A stretch of 64,000 nt of DNA. It comes from Ferrimonas sp. Its GTDB lineage: Bacteria; Pseudomonadota; Gammaproteobacteria; Enterobacterales; Shewanellaceae. Below, piece after piece: positions 15,492-24,824 of the stretch; positions within the stretch are counted from its first letter, which is position 1; each line of letters opens with the position of its first letter. The notes under the pieces are model-generated. The model was not told where the DNA came from. It saw only the letters and a list, made by a program, of their open reading frames with translations, and searched no databases. The position numbers and the translations under genes are program-made. The stretch lies in the NCBI RefSeq assembly GCF_048263965.1, contig NZ_JBLXDO010000017.1:7223-71222 (forward strand). Reading direction: 5' to 3'.

Positions 15492-18400
15492 ATGAATATT
15501 GCACAATACACAATCAAACACCGCGTCATCAGCTGGATGTTCCTGATTTTGCTAGCGCTGGGAGGCAGCTCCTCCTTTATGAACCTGGGCCGCCTGGAGG
15601 ACCCCGCCTTTACCATTAAAGAGGCGATGGTGATCTCCATGTACCCAGGTGCCACCGCAGAAGAGGTGGAGGAGGAGCTGACCTATCCCATTGAGAAGGC
15701 GATCCGGCTGCTGCCCTACGTCAAGAAGATCACCTCCACTTCAGCCCCAGGGCTGTCTCAGATCACCGTGGAGATGGAGTCCACCTATGGCCCCGACGAG
15801 CTGCCTCAGATCTGGGATGAGCTGCGTCGCAAGGTCAATGACCTGGGGCCTCAGCTGCCCTCCGGCGCCTATGCGCCCCAGGTGGTGGACGACTTTGGCG
15901 ATGTGTTTGGTGTGCTCTATCTGGTCACCGGCAACAGCTATCAGTACGACGACCTCAAGCAGTACGTGGATATGCTGCGCCGGGAGCTGGAGCTGATCGA
16001 CGGCGTGGGCAAGGTCGACATCTCCGGCGAGCAGCAGGAGCAGGCGTTCATCGAGCTCTCCCTGACCCGTCTGGCGGCCCTGAACCTGGACATGGCCCAG
16101 GTGATCAATCTGCTGACCCAGCAGAATGCCGTGCTGGACGCCGGCAAGATGACCATCAATGGTGAGTCCCTCTATCTGCGCCCCACCGCCCAGGGCTCCA
16201 GTATGGATCCCATCATTCACGGCCGGGATACCGGCCAGCTGGTGCGCCTGAGTGATGTGGCGACCCTGCACCGGGGCTTCCAGGAGGTGCCGAACCATCT
16301 GCTGCGCTTCAACGGTCAGCAGGCCCTGAGCCTGGGCATCGCTTTCTCCGATGGCGTCAACGTGGTCGAGGTGGGCCGGGCCATCGACCAGCGGATGGCG
16401 GAGCTGATGCAGGACAGACCCGTGGGGATTGAGCTGCACTCCCTGTATCACCAGCCCCAGGAGGTGGAGAGTTCGGTCAACGGCTTCCTGATCAGCCTGG
16501 CGCAAGCGGTGGCCATCGTTATCGTGATCCTGCTGTTTACCATGGGGCTGCGCAGTGGCCTGATCATCGGCATCGTGCTGCTGCTGACCATGCTGGGCAC
16601 TTTCATCATGATGGAGTACGACGGCATTGAGCTGCAGCGCATCTCCCTGGGGGCGCTGATCATTGCCCTGGGGATGCTGGTGGACAACGCCATCGTGGTG
16701 GTCGAGGGGATCCTGGTGGGGCTGCAACGGGGCCGCAGTAAACTTGAGGCCTGTAAGGATATCGTCAAGCAGTCCCAGTGGCCTCTGCTGGGGGCCACGG
16801 TGATCGCCATTGTGGCCTTCGCCCCCATCGGCCTCTCCGCCGATGCCACCGGCGAATTTATGAATTCCCTGTTTTATGTCCTGCTGTTCTCGCTTTTCCT
16901 GAGCTGGGTAACCGCCTTGACTTTGACACCTTTCCTGGCGGACTTGATGTTATCCACGCCCAAGGGTGAGCAGAGCAGTGAGGACCCCTATAAGGGCGGC
17001 ATCTTCAAGGTGTTCGGTGCCTTGCTGAACTGGTGCCTCAACTATCGCAAGACCACAGTGGTGGCCATGGTGCTGATGCTGGCGGGGGCCATTGTCGGCT
17101 TTGGCAGCGTCAAGCAGGCGTTCTTCCCGCCCTCCAATACGCCGATGTTCTACCTGGACCTGTGGCTGCCCGAGGGCACCGACATCCGCCGAACCGAGCA
17201 GGTGGTCAAGGAGGTTGAAGCCTATGTGCTGGAGCAGAAGGAGACCGAGTTTGTTGCCGCCACCGTTGGCCAGGGGATGCCCCGCTTCACCCTGACCTAT
17301 GCACCGGAGAACAGCTACGCCTCCTACGCTCAGCTGGCCATTCGCAGCCCGGACCAGGAGAAGATGTTTGCGCTGGCCAACCGCCTGGATCAGGTGATGC
17401 CCGAGCGTTTCCCCCAGGCACAGTTCCAGTTGAAGCTGATGGAGATCGGTCCGTCGCCCAAGTCCAAGATTGAGGCGCGCATCTCAGGTGCCGACCCCCG
17501 TGTGCTGCGCCAGCTGGCGGCGGAGGTGGAGAACATCCTGGCACAGGACCCGGGCTCTCGGGGCATCCGCCACGACTGGCGGGAGCAGACCAAGGAGCTG
17601 GTGCCTGTGATGGACGAATCCCAGGCCCGTCGTCTTGGCATCGGCACCGATGCGGTGGCCCAGACCCTGAAGATGGCCTTCGGCGGCACCGAGGTGGGGA
17701 TGTACCGGGACGGCACCCGGATGCTGCCCATCGTCACCCGCCTGGAGCAGCAGTACCGGGACGATTACGCCACCCTGGATAACCTCAAGTTGTGGAGCCC
17801 GACGCTGCAGAACTATGTGCCCATTCAGCAGGTGGTTCGTGATACCGAACTGGTGTGGACCGAGTCGCTGATCCAGCGTAAGAACCGCAAGCGCACCATC
17901 ACGGTGCTGGCGGATCACAATGTGCTGGGTGAGGAGACCGCTGACGCGCTGTTCCGTCGAATCAAGCCCCAGGTGGAGGCCCTGGAGCTACCCCCCGGGT
18001 ACAGCCTGGAGTGGGGTGGGGAGTATGAGTCTGCCGGTGACGCCCAGTCCATGCTGTTTGGCTCGCTGCCCATGGGTTACCTGTTTATGTTCATCATCAC
18101 CGTGTTCCTGTTCGACTCCTTCAGGAAGCCGGCGGTGATCTGGCTGACCGTGCCGCTGTCGCTGATTGGGGTGACCGTGGGGCTGCTGGTGACCAACCAG
18201 CCCTTCACCTTCACCGCCCTGTTGGGGCTGCTCAGCCTGAGCGGCATGGTACTCAAGAACGGCATCGTGTTGATGGACCAGATCAATCTGGAGATGGCCA
18301 GCGGCAAAGAGCCCTATCAGGCCATTGTCGACAGTGCCATCAGCCGGGTAAGGCCGGTGACCAACGCGGCCATGACCACCATCCTGGGGATGATCCCCCT

Positions 18401-18527
18401 GTTGTTTGATGTGTTCTTCGCCTCATTGGCGGTGACCATCATGTTTGGCCTGGGCTTTGCCACCATTTTGACCCTGGTGGTGGTCCCTGTGCTCTACGCC
18501 ATCTTCTTTAAGGTTAAGACCCCCTGA
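15492..18527 (+). CDS. RND efflux permease (AcrB/AcrD/AcrF family)
   Basis: 1011 aa, 12-TM layout; LGMLVDNAIVV, VLKNGIV, SRVRPV. Confidence 0.96.
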   Translation: MNIAQYTIKHRVISWMFLILLALGGSSSFMNLGRLEDPAFTIKEAMVISMYPGATAEEVEEELTYPIEKAIRLLPYVKKITSTSAPGLSQITVEMESTYGPDELPQIWDELRRKVNDLGPQLPSGAYAPQVVDDFGDVFGVLYLVTGNSYQYDDLKQYVDMLRRELELIDGVGKVDISGEQQEQAFIELSLTRLAALNLDMAQVINLLTQQNAVLDAGKMTINGESLYLRPTAQGSSMDPIIHGRDTGQLVRLSDVATLHRGFQEVPNHLLRFNGQQALSLGIAFSDGVNVVEVGRAIDQRMAELMQDRPVGIELHSLYHQPQEVESSVNGFLISLAQAVAIVIVILLFTMGLRSGLIIGIVLLLTMLGTFIMMEYDGIELQRISLGALIIALGMLVDNAIVVVEGILVGLQRGRSKLEACKDIVKQSQWPLLGATVIAIVAFAPIGLSADATGEFMNSLFYVLLFSLFLSWVTALTLTPFLADLMLSTPKGEQSSEDPYKGGIFKVFGALLNWCLNYRKTTVVAMVLMLAGAIVGFGSVKQAFFPPSNTPMFYLDLWLPEGTDIRRTEQVVKEVEAYVLEQKETEFVAATVGQGMPRFTLTYAPENSYASYAQLAIRSPDQEKMFALANRLDQVMPERFPQAQFQLKLMEIGPSPKSKIEARISGADPRVLRQLAAEVENILAQDPGSRGIRHDWREQTKELVPVMDESQARRLGIGTDAVAQTLKMAFGGTEVGMYRDGTRMLPIVTRLEQQYRDDYATLDNLKLWSPTLQNYVPIQQVVRDTELVWTESLIQRKNRKRTITVLADHNVLGEETADALFRRIKPQVEALELPPGYSLEWGGEYESAGDAQSMLFGSLPMGYLFMFIITVFLFDSFRKPAVIWLTVPLSLIGVTVGLLVTNQPFTFTALLGLLSLSGMVLKNGIVLMDQINLEMASGKEPYQAIVDSAISRVRPVTNAAMTTILGMIPLLFDVFFASLAVTIMFGLGFATILTLVVVPVLYAIFFKVKTP

Positions 18528-18572
18528 TTCAACCCCTGGGTAAGTCGATTCCCTTGCCTTCCAAAGGCGCTT

Positions 18573-18603
18573 GGCCGGTCAGCCCCCTGACCGGCCTTTT
18601 TTT
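18573..18603 (+). terminator. Intrinsic terminator
   Basis: GGCCGGTCAG-CCCC-CTGACCGGCC-TTTTTTT. Confidence 0.88.
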
Positions 18604-18607
18604 AGGT

Positions 18608-19099
18608 TCACTCTTGCTGAAGCGCTCTGGCACGTTCCAGGGCCTGCTCCACCAGGGCTTGGGCCCGTCTTCTGCCAATTAGATCTTTTCGAATCACCAC
18701 TGAGCGGGGCTGATTGTTGGGCATCTTTTCCCGGTTGCTGTAGAGGCGGTATTCCTTGACAAAGTACTGGTGCCAGCCTGGCTGGGGACGGCGGGTCAGA
18801 TCCAGCTCACGGAGCAAAAAGCGGTGTCTCGGTCTGTTGGCCGGGGTGGAATCCGTATCGCCGCTGGGTCCCTCGATGGCGTCGGTGGTCAGGCAGATGG
18901 TGTACTTTTTGGGGTTGCGAACGAGCTTAATGCCACTGATGCCTGTATTGAGCAGAAGAAGAAAAATAAACAACAATACCAATCCGGGGTCGCCGATCCA
19001 CCAGAAGATAACTAGGGTAATGGGCAGCTCATAGGCCTGCCGCCTCAATGTTTCCCTGAGGTAGCTTGCCGGGGTTGGGGTGATCAGTTGCTGACTCAC
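18608..19099 (-). CDS. Hypothetical membrane protein (one copy of a 2-TM plus soluble module)
   Basis: GTGA overlap with the upstream stop; two hydrophobic segments; similar to both halves of the neighbour. Confidence 0.65.
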   Translation of the reverse strand: MSQQLITPTPASYLRETLRRQAYELPITLVIFWWIGDPGLVLLFIFLLLLNTGISGIKLVRNPKKYTICLTTDAIEGPSGDTDSTPANRPRHRFLLRELDLTRRPQPGWHQYFVKEYRLYSNREKMPNNQPRSVVIRKDLIGRRRAQALVEQALERARALQQE

Positions 19100-20076
19100 C
19101 CTTGCTGCTCCCGGAGTTTCATTGCTCTCTGATAATCGGTGATTCGGGCGTGCAACTGGTGAAACACCTCCTTGGCCCCTTGTCGGCCAAAGACCTTGGC
19201 GTCGATGCAGATGCTGTTGCCCTGATTGTCGTGGAGATGGTAGTCGCCATGCAGGCGTTCCAGCTGACCACGGCTCTGGCTCTTCTGCAGGTTGATCTTG
19301 CTCAGCGCCAGGTTCTTAGTTCCCCAGCGACCAAAGGGGTTTGTCTTGTCGTTTTCACCGGCTGGCCCCTTAACCCGATCGCGATACAGATAGATTGCGC
19401 CCTTGTGGCGATCCCAGTTGGGGAACATCAAGGTGAACAGGCCTGCGCCAATGGCGGCGTAACAGCCGGAGCGCAGCGGGTCAGCGTAAGCCGGGTCCAA
19501 AGCGATCAGCCACTGAATCGTCGCCAGCCCAAGCAGGCCGCCGGCGATACCGATTAAGCTGTTGCGCACCGAAGGCTTGGGGGCAAGAAACTCCGTCACC
19601 GGCTGGCCCAGTGTCCTGGAGTGAGCCGATTCGGCGGCGGCCAGAATCTCTCTGTGGATGGCGCCGGACTGACGAAGACCAAAGAAGATCATGGGAATGA
19701 TGATGCTGCGGCCATTGTGGTCATGGATGCGATAGCGAAAGTTGAGCCATTTGCTCCATCTCTGGTTGCGGGAAGCGTTCAGATCTATCTCATTCAGGGG
19801 GAGACAGAGGCGAAAGCGCTCCTCTTCGGCGACCCCGGGTTCGCCGGAAAGTCCGGTGACTCCCTCTTTACCCAGTAGGATGCGCAGGTGATGATGGTTG
19901 CGCATGCGCCAGATGGGAAAGGTCAGGCCAAGCAGCAGGCCCATGCCATTATTGGCTTCTGTGTTACCCGACCAGGTCAGGCCCAGCCAAACCAGCCCAA
20001 TCACGGCCAGGGTGATTAGCAGGGTCTGAGCCATGCCGTTAGGAGTGGGTCGATATTCTGTGGCGGTTCCAGTCAA
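19096..20076 (-). CDS. Hypothetical membrane protein with two internally repeated modules
   Basis: TTG start after GGAG; two halves each with 2 TM segments followed by a shared motif. Confidence 0.7.
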   Translation of the reverse strand: MTGTATEYRPTPNGMAQTLLITLAVIGLVWLGLTWSGNTEANNGMGLLLGLTFPIWRMRNHHHLRILLGKEGVTGLSGEPGVAEEERFRLCLPLNEIDLNASRNQRWSKWLNFRYRIHDHNGRSIIIPMIFFGLRQSGAIHREILAAAESAHSRTLGQPVTEFLAPKPSVRNSLIGIAGGLLGLATIQWLIALDPAYADPLRSGCYAAIGAGLFTLMFPNWDRHKGAIYLYRDRVKGPAGENDKTNPFGRWGTKNLALSKINLQKSQSRGQLERLHGDYHLHDNQGNSICIDAKVFGRQGAKEVFHQLHARITDYQRAMKLREQQG

Positions 20077-20171
20077 GAAAACTCCATGTAAACAACTGAA
20101 AATAAAACAGTAACTTTATTTACATCCGTCAGGGAGTCTAGTGTTTTCTGGAAAAAGTGTGCGTCATATGG

Positions 20172-20197
20172 AAAAGCGCCACCTGGTGGTGGCGCTT
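20172..20197 (-). terminator. Terminator of the heme uptake operon
   Basis: AAGCGCCACC-TGGT-GGTGGCGCTT with A-run on the left. Confidence 0.7.
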
Positions 20198-20208
20198 GGG
20201 AACCCAGA

Positions 20209-20979
20209 TCAGAGCACCACAGGGGTCCCCAGCTTGGGGTCGGTGACTATGGTGGGGCGGTAGTGCCACACCCGGGCGACCCGCTCTCCGGTGAGCACCT
20301 CCTGTGGCGGCCCCTGATAGCGCACCTCGCCCTGGTCCAGCACCACCAGGTGGTCGGCGTAGCGAGCCGCCTGGTTAAGATCATGGAGGACGGCGATGAC
20401 GCCCACCCCCTGTTCGTGAGCCAGGGCCCGGGCCAGCTCCAGTACCCTGTGCTGCTGGGCCAGATCCAGTGCTGATGTAGGCTCATCCAGCAGCAGCAGG
20501 GGCGCCTGCTCCGCCTGGGACAACTGGGTCAGGACCCTGGCCAGCTGTACCCGCTGTTTCTCCCCTCCGGAAAGGGTAGGGTAGCGGCGGCCACCGAGGT
20601 GGGCGACGTCCACCTGTTCCTGGGCGTGATCCACCAGGTGCTTGGCCAGAGTGCGATCCGCCGTCAGGGGAAATAGGCCCATCTCCACCACGTCACGGAC
20701 GGTGAAGGGAAAGGTGAGACTGTTGTGTTGAGGCAGCACGCCGAGGTGACGGGCCAGTTTGATGCGCGGCCACTCCTCCATGGGGCGGCCATGGAAACTG
20801 ACCATGCCGGTGTCCGGTGTCATGTCGCCGCATATCCCTTTCAGCAGGGTACTCTTGCCGGCGCCATTGGGCCCCAGCAGGGCGGTGACCCTGCCAGGTT
20901 GGATTGCCAGCTCTATCTGCTTCAGCAAGGGCTGCCCGCCGATGCCCAGACTCAGGGATTGGATGGTTAGAAAGCTCAT
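20209..20979 (-). CDS. hmuV: Heme ABC transporter ATP-binding protein (HmuV/HutD)
   Basis: GPNGAGKST, LSGGEKQRVQLARVL, LDEPTSALD; operon context. Confidence 0.93.
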   Translation of the reverse strand: MSFLTIQSLSLGIGGQPLLKQIELAIQPGRVTALLGPNGAGKSTLLKGICGDMTPDTGMVSFHGRPMEEWPRIKLARHLGVLPQHNSLTFPFTVRDVVEMGLFPLTADRTLAKHLVDHAQEQVDVAHLGGRRYPTLSGGEKQRVQLARVLTQLSQAEQAPLLLLDEPTSALDLAQQHRVLELARALAHEQGVGVIAVLHDLNQAARYADHLVVLDQGEVRYQGPPQEVLTGERVARVWHYRPTIVTDPKLGTPVVL

Positions 20980-20981
20980 GA

Positions 20982-22001
20982 TTACCCCAGTCGGTGTCTT
21001 TGATTGATCAGCAGGGCCAGAAAGAAGGGGGCGCCCAGTAGGGCGGTGACCAGACCCACGGGCATCTCGGCCGGGGCCATCCAGGTTCTCGCCCCCAGAT
21101 CCGCCACCAGCAAAATGGCGGCACCCAGTCCGGCGGACAGGGGCAGCAGGGTGCGATGATCCGGGCCGACCATCATACGAATCAGGTGGGGCACCACCAA
21201 GCCAATAAAGCCGATCATCCCGGCGGCGGCCACGGTGACCCCCACGCCCAGCGCAGTAAGCAGGACCAGGCGAATCTTCAGTTTTTCCACCTCGATACCC
21301 AGGTGGCGGGCTTCTGCCTCGCCCAGCAGCAAGGCATTGAGGGAACCGGCCTGGCGCTGAAACTGCCAGGCCAGCAGCACAAAGACCGCACTACAGATGG
21401 CGATGCTGTGCCACTGGGCCGACGCCAAAGAGCCCATCTGCCACAGGGTCAGGTCCCTCAGGGCGGTCTCGTTGGCGATGAAGGTGAGAAAACCTATGCC
21501 TGAGCCGGTCAGGGCGCCGATGGCCACGCCGGAGAGCAGCAGCAGTACCACCGAGGTGCCGGTGCGGCTGTGAGCCAGACGGTAGACCGCCAAGGTGGTG
21601 GCCAGGCCACCGAGGAAGGCGGCCACCGGTGTGGTGTAGGCGCCGGCCTCGGGATAGATCACTATGGCGATGGCGGCGCCCAGGGCGGCGCCTGAGGCCA
21701 CGCCGATGATGCCGGGATCCGCCAGGGGGTTGCGGAACAGCCCCTGCATCACCGCACCGCACTGGGCCAGCAGGGCGCCGATCACCAGAGCCAGTAGGGT
21801 ACGGGGCAGGCGGACATTGGAGATCACCAGCTGTTCATGGGGTTGCAGGCTGGTGACCTGGGTCTGTGTCAGTGTGGCCCACAGGGCCCGCAGGCTGTCC
21901 CAGGCGTCTATGGCCAGGGGGCCCGTAGTCACCGACAACACACTGGCGATCAACAGGGAGGCTGCCAGGGGCAGCCACAGCAGGCGGGCCTCGGCCATCA
22001 T
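20982..22001 (-). CDS. hmuU: Heme ABC transporter permease (HmuU/HutC, FecCD family)
   Basis: VRLPR, QGLFRNPLADPG, LLLGEAEARHLG, EMPVG. Confidence 0.93.
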   Translation of the reverse strand: MMAEARLLWLPLAASLLIASVLSVTTGPLAIDAWDSLRALWATLTQTQVTSLQPHEQLVISNVRLPRTLLALVIGALLAQCGAVMQGLFRNPLADPGIIGVASGAALGAAIAIVIYPEAGAYTTPVAAFLGGLATTLAVYRLAHSRTGTSVVLLLLSGVAIGALTGSGIGFLTFIANETALRDLTLWQMGSLASAQWHSIAICSAVFVLLAWQFQRQAGSLNALLLGEAEARHLGIEVEKLKIRLVLLTALGVGVTVAAAGMIGFIGLVVPHLIRMMVGPDHRTLLPLSAGLGAAILLVADLGARTWMAPAEMPVGLVTALLGAPFFLALLINQRHRLG

Positions 22002-22846
22002 TGAATCTCCGACAACTTCTGGGCCAGGTCCTCGGCCGCATCCAGAGCGCTGGGGCCCAGGCCGCCCAGCAGTGCCTTGGCGGGCAGGTCATAGATTTGA
22101 CCATTTTTTCCCGCCGGGGTGTGGGCCAGCAGAGGCAGGGACTCGATCAGTTCCCCGGCGGCGTTGTCCGTGTCCATGGCGGGTTTGGTGACCAGGATCA
22201 GGTCAGGTTGCAGTGACAGCAGCGTCTCCTCGGAGGCGCTCTTATAGCCGTCGAAGCCGGCGATGTTCTCGCCGCCGGCCAGGGTGATCAGCAGGTCCGC
22301 CGGGGTGTGGCCGCCCCCCATGCGCGGTCCCCGATCGCCCCGCAGCAGGACAAAGACCACCTTGGGCGCCCGTTTGAGGTTGGCTCTGGCCTGGTTGATC
22401 CTCTCCACCTGGGACTGAATGGTGGCCTTCAACGCGGGAGCTGCGTCCTCTTCGGAGAGCAGGGTTGCCAGGGTATCGATGTTGGCCATCAGTTGCTGCG
22501 GAGTTTGTGCTGCGGGCAGGGTGGCCACCTGAACCTTGGCCTGGCGGACGATATCCAGGGCGGATCTGGGCCCCATCTCGTCGCTGCCTACCACCAGATC
22601 CGGGTTGAGGGAGAGCAGGCCTTCCGCCGACAGGGTGCGGTGGTAGCCAAGCTGAGGCAGTTCCATCCCTTCAGGAACCTGGCTGGTGACATCCACCGCC
22701 ACCAGCTTGTTGGCGCCCTCCAGGGCCATCACCAGTTCGGTCACGGCGGCACCGGCACTGATCACCCGCTCGGCGGCCATCGCCGGTAGTGAGAGGGTGG
22801 CGCCCAGAAGCATGGGCAGCAAGGTTTTGCTGAAGTTGGGTGTCAT
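21998..22846 (-). CDS. hmuT: Periplasmic heme-binding protein (HmuT/HutB)
   Basis: Signal peptide; VAVDVTS, LGYHRTLSAEG with the heme-ligand Tyr. Confidence 0.9.
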   Translation of the reverse strand: MTPNFSKTLLPMLLGATLSLPAMAAERVISAGAAVTELVMALEGANKLVAVDVTSQVPEGMELPQLGYHRTLSAEGLLSLNPDLVVGSDEMGPRSALDIVRQAKVQVATLPAAQTPQQLMANIDTLATLLSEEDAAPALKATIQSQVERINQARANLKRAPKVVFVLLRGDRGPRMGGGHTPADLLITLAGGENIAGFDGYKSASEETLLSLQPDLILVTKPAMDTDNAAGELIESLPLLAHTPAGKNGQIYDLPAKALLGGLGPSALDAAEDLAQKLSEIQ

Positions 22847-23265
22847 GGGGTCTCCTCCATTAGAATCTGAGTCTTGTCTATCTGCCTGGCCTGAAGCAGG
22901 GCCAGCAGTTGCATTAGGGGTTGAACTGGGGCGGCCTTATCGGCGGCCACCACCACCTGGTAGTTCGGGTTGGCTTTATGTGCTTGCAAAAAGGCGTGCT
23001 TAAACTCCGGCCAGGAGTCATAGGTGATCTGATCCAGGGCGAAGTGGGGCGCATCGGCCAGTACATTGACCGCCAGGGTTTTGTCCTCTTCAGGGGAGCT
23101 GAGGGCCGTCTCCTGCTGCTGGGGCACATCCACCGGCAAGGCCAGCAGCCTGGTGTTGGCGGTGAGCAGCAGAAACACCAGCACGATAAAGATGATGTCG
23201 ATCAGCGGGGTCAGGTCCACCGAGGGCGCGCTGCTGTCGACGGCACTGCTGTGTAGCCGAATCAC
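22843..23265 (-). CDS. exbD: Biopolymer transport protein ExbD
   Basis: GTG start after AGGAG overlapping the exbB stop; DLTPLIDIIFIVLVFLLL; ADK motif. The longer track ORF is a spurious extension. Confidence 0.9.
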   Translation of the reverse strand: MIRLHSSAVDSSAPSVDLTPLIDIIFIVLVFLLLTANTRLLALPVDVPQQQETALSSPEEDKTLAVNVLADAPHFALDQITYDSWPEFKHAFLQAHKANPNYQVVVAADKAAPVQPLMQLLALLQARQIDKTQILMEETP

Positions 23266-23903
23266 GGCTTCATCTCCTGGGCGGACGCGACATGAATCCC
23301 GGCGAGCCACAGGTTGATTCGATTGAGTACGTGTTCCGTCTTGCCCAGTTGCCGATCGGCCCACAGGGTTAGCAGGTGTGCGCCACCCACGGCGGGCAGA
23401 GCGATGATCAGTCCGGCGGCGGTGGTGTACATAGCCAGCCCCAGGCCATCTGCCAACTGGGCTGGTGTCACAGGCCCGGCTGAGGCGCCGATCTCCTGGA
23501 ACATGCCGATGAGGCCGAGGATGGTACCCAGCAGTCCCATCATGGGACTGATGATGCCTATCACCATCAATACCCTGAGTCCGGCATTGAGCTGCCGTTT
23601 CTGCTTGAGCAGCCAGAGCCCGGCAATCTCCTCCCGCAGACACTTCGCCTGACCGGCGTGACCTAAAAGCATCAGGGTGCCCCGGGCCAGCAGGCTGCGC
23701 CTGCCGGTTAACAGGTCAGTCAGCGCCTGACTGTCCAGTGGCTGGGACCAGTTCATCTGTTGCACCCAGCTGTCACGCCAGGGGGCGTTGATCAGCAGGT
23801 TGGCCAGGCGTTCCAGCAAGATGATCAGGGTCAGGGTCAGGCAGGCCATCAGGGGCCAGGCCATTACGCCCAGTTGATTAAGCGTGTGATCAAGCAGCGC
23901 CAT
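23262..23903 (-). CDS. exbB: ExbB (MotA/TolQ/ExbB proton channel)
   Basis: SPMMGLLGTILGLI, GLGLAMYTTAAGLIIALP. Confidence 0.92.
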   Translation of the reverse strand: MALLDHTLNQLGVMAWPLMACLTLTLIILLERLANLLINAPWRDSWVQQMNWSQPLDSQALTDLLTGRRSLLARGTLMLLGHAGQAKCLREEIAGLWLLKQKRQLNAGLRVLMVIGIISPMMGLLGTILGLIGMFQEIGASAGPVTPAQLADGLGLAMYTTAAGLIIALPAVGGAHLLTLWADRQLGKTEHVLNRINLWLAGIHVASAQEMKP

Positions 23904-23930
23904 AAGGCGAATATCTCCTGTTAGGTCGAG

Positions 23931-24617
23931 TTAGTTCAGGGCAAAACGGACCGGAATACGGACGCGGGACGATTGCCCCTGGCTGCCTTGGGTCAGGGGG
24001 GCGAACTCCCAGCTTTTCACCGCCGCCAGTGCTGCCCGGTCCAGACTGGAGTGACCGCTGCTCTCCAGAAGCTCCAGTTTTATCTGGTCGCCCAACTCGT
24101 TGAGCCACACCTCAACCAGAGCCACGCCCTGCTGGCCGCGCCTCTTGGCCATTTTGGGGTAGCGCGGTGGGTTCGGCGGGGTGCGAAACGCCGGTTGAGT
24201 CACCAGTTCCGGCAGTTGCTTGGCTCCCTGGCGGGCGGCAACGGGCTGGGCGGCTTCACTGGGGGCCTTGTTCATCGGCTTGGGTTCAGCCTTGGGCTCG
24301 GCTTGGGGTTCGGGTTTTGTCTGTGGCTTTGGATCGGGTCTGGGGGCCAACTCAGGCATAGGCTTCTGTATGGGTTGAGGCTTGGGTTTTGGCTTCGGCT
24401 CCGGCTTGGGTTTAGGTTCGGGCTTCTCCTCTTTTTGTGGCTCGGGCTTGGACTGTGCCGGTGCCGCATTGACCGCGGTGGCCAGGGAGAGGCTGACCGC
24501 CGTAGTGACCTGGCCGGACTGCAGCAGAGGCTGGGGTTCCTGAGCCATGGCGCCCAGGAATGAGCCCTGTATCAGCAGTGCGGCGGCGGTGGCCACCAGG
24601 TAGCGGTTCGGTGTCAC
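23931..24617 (-). CDS. tonB: Energy transducer TonB
   Basis: GTG start after AGGA; N-terminal anchor, EPKP/KPKP repeats, C-terminal PRYPKMAKRRGQQG...VKSWEF. Confidence 0.92.
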   Translation of the reverse strand: MTPNRYLVATAAALLIQGSFLGAMAQEPQPLLQSGQVTTAVSLSLATAVNAAPAQSKPEPQKEEKPEPKPKPEPKPKPKPQPIQKPMPELAPRPDPKPQTKPEPQAEPKAEPKPMNKAPSEAAQPVAARQGAKQLPELVTQPAFRTPPNPPRYPKMAKRRGQQGVALVEVWLNELGDQIKLELLESSGHSSLDRAALAAVKSWEFAPLTQGSQGQSSRVRIPVRFALN

Positions 24618-24677
24618 TGGGTTAGTCCTGGGATCTGTGGTTGATGCCAAGATGATAGAACGCCAGTTACTGAAAGT

Positions 24678-24701
24678 GCAAATAAAAATGATTCGCATTT
24701 G
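24678..24701. promoter_or_regulatory. Fur box in the divergent tonB/hutW promoter
   Basis: GCAAATAAAAATGATTCGCATTTG (reverse complement contains AAATGCGAATCATTT), Fur-like, between iron genes. Confidence 0.75.
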
Positions 24702-24824
24702 ATCTTGGTTTGGGTTTGGGATAAAGTGCCTGGACAATGAATCACCCGGCCTTACAAAAGTTAATTAACACAAGTGGTTAGTTAACTTTTTGGCCGTGCG
24801 ACCGTCTGGATATCGACTCCGGGA

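Noticed and set aside
22843-23643. 266-aa ExbD with a long N-terminal extension
   Set aside because: The extension overlaps exbB out of frame; GTG at 23265 has a good RBS and gives a normal-length ExbD.
24280-24450. Tandem low-complexity repeat
   Set aside because: Explained by the Pro-Lys-Glu spacer of TonB.
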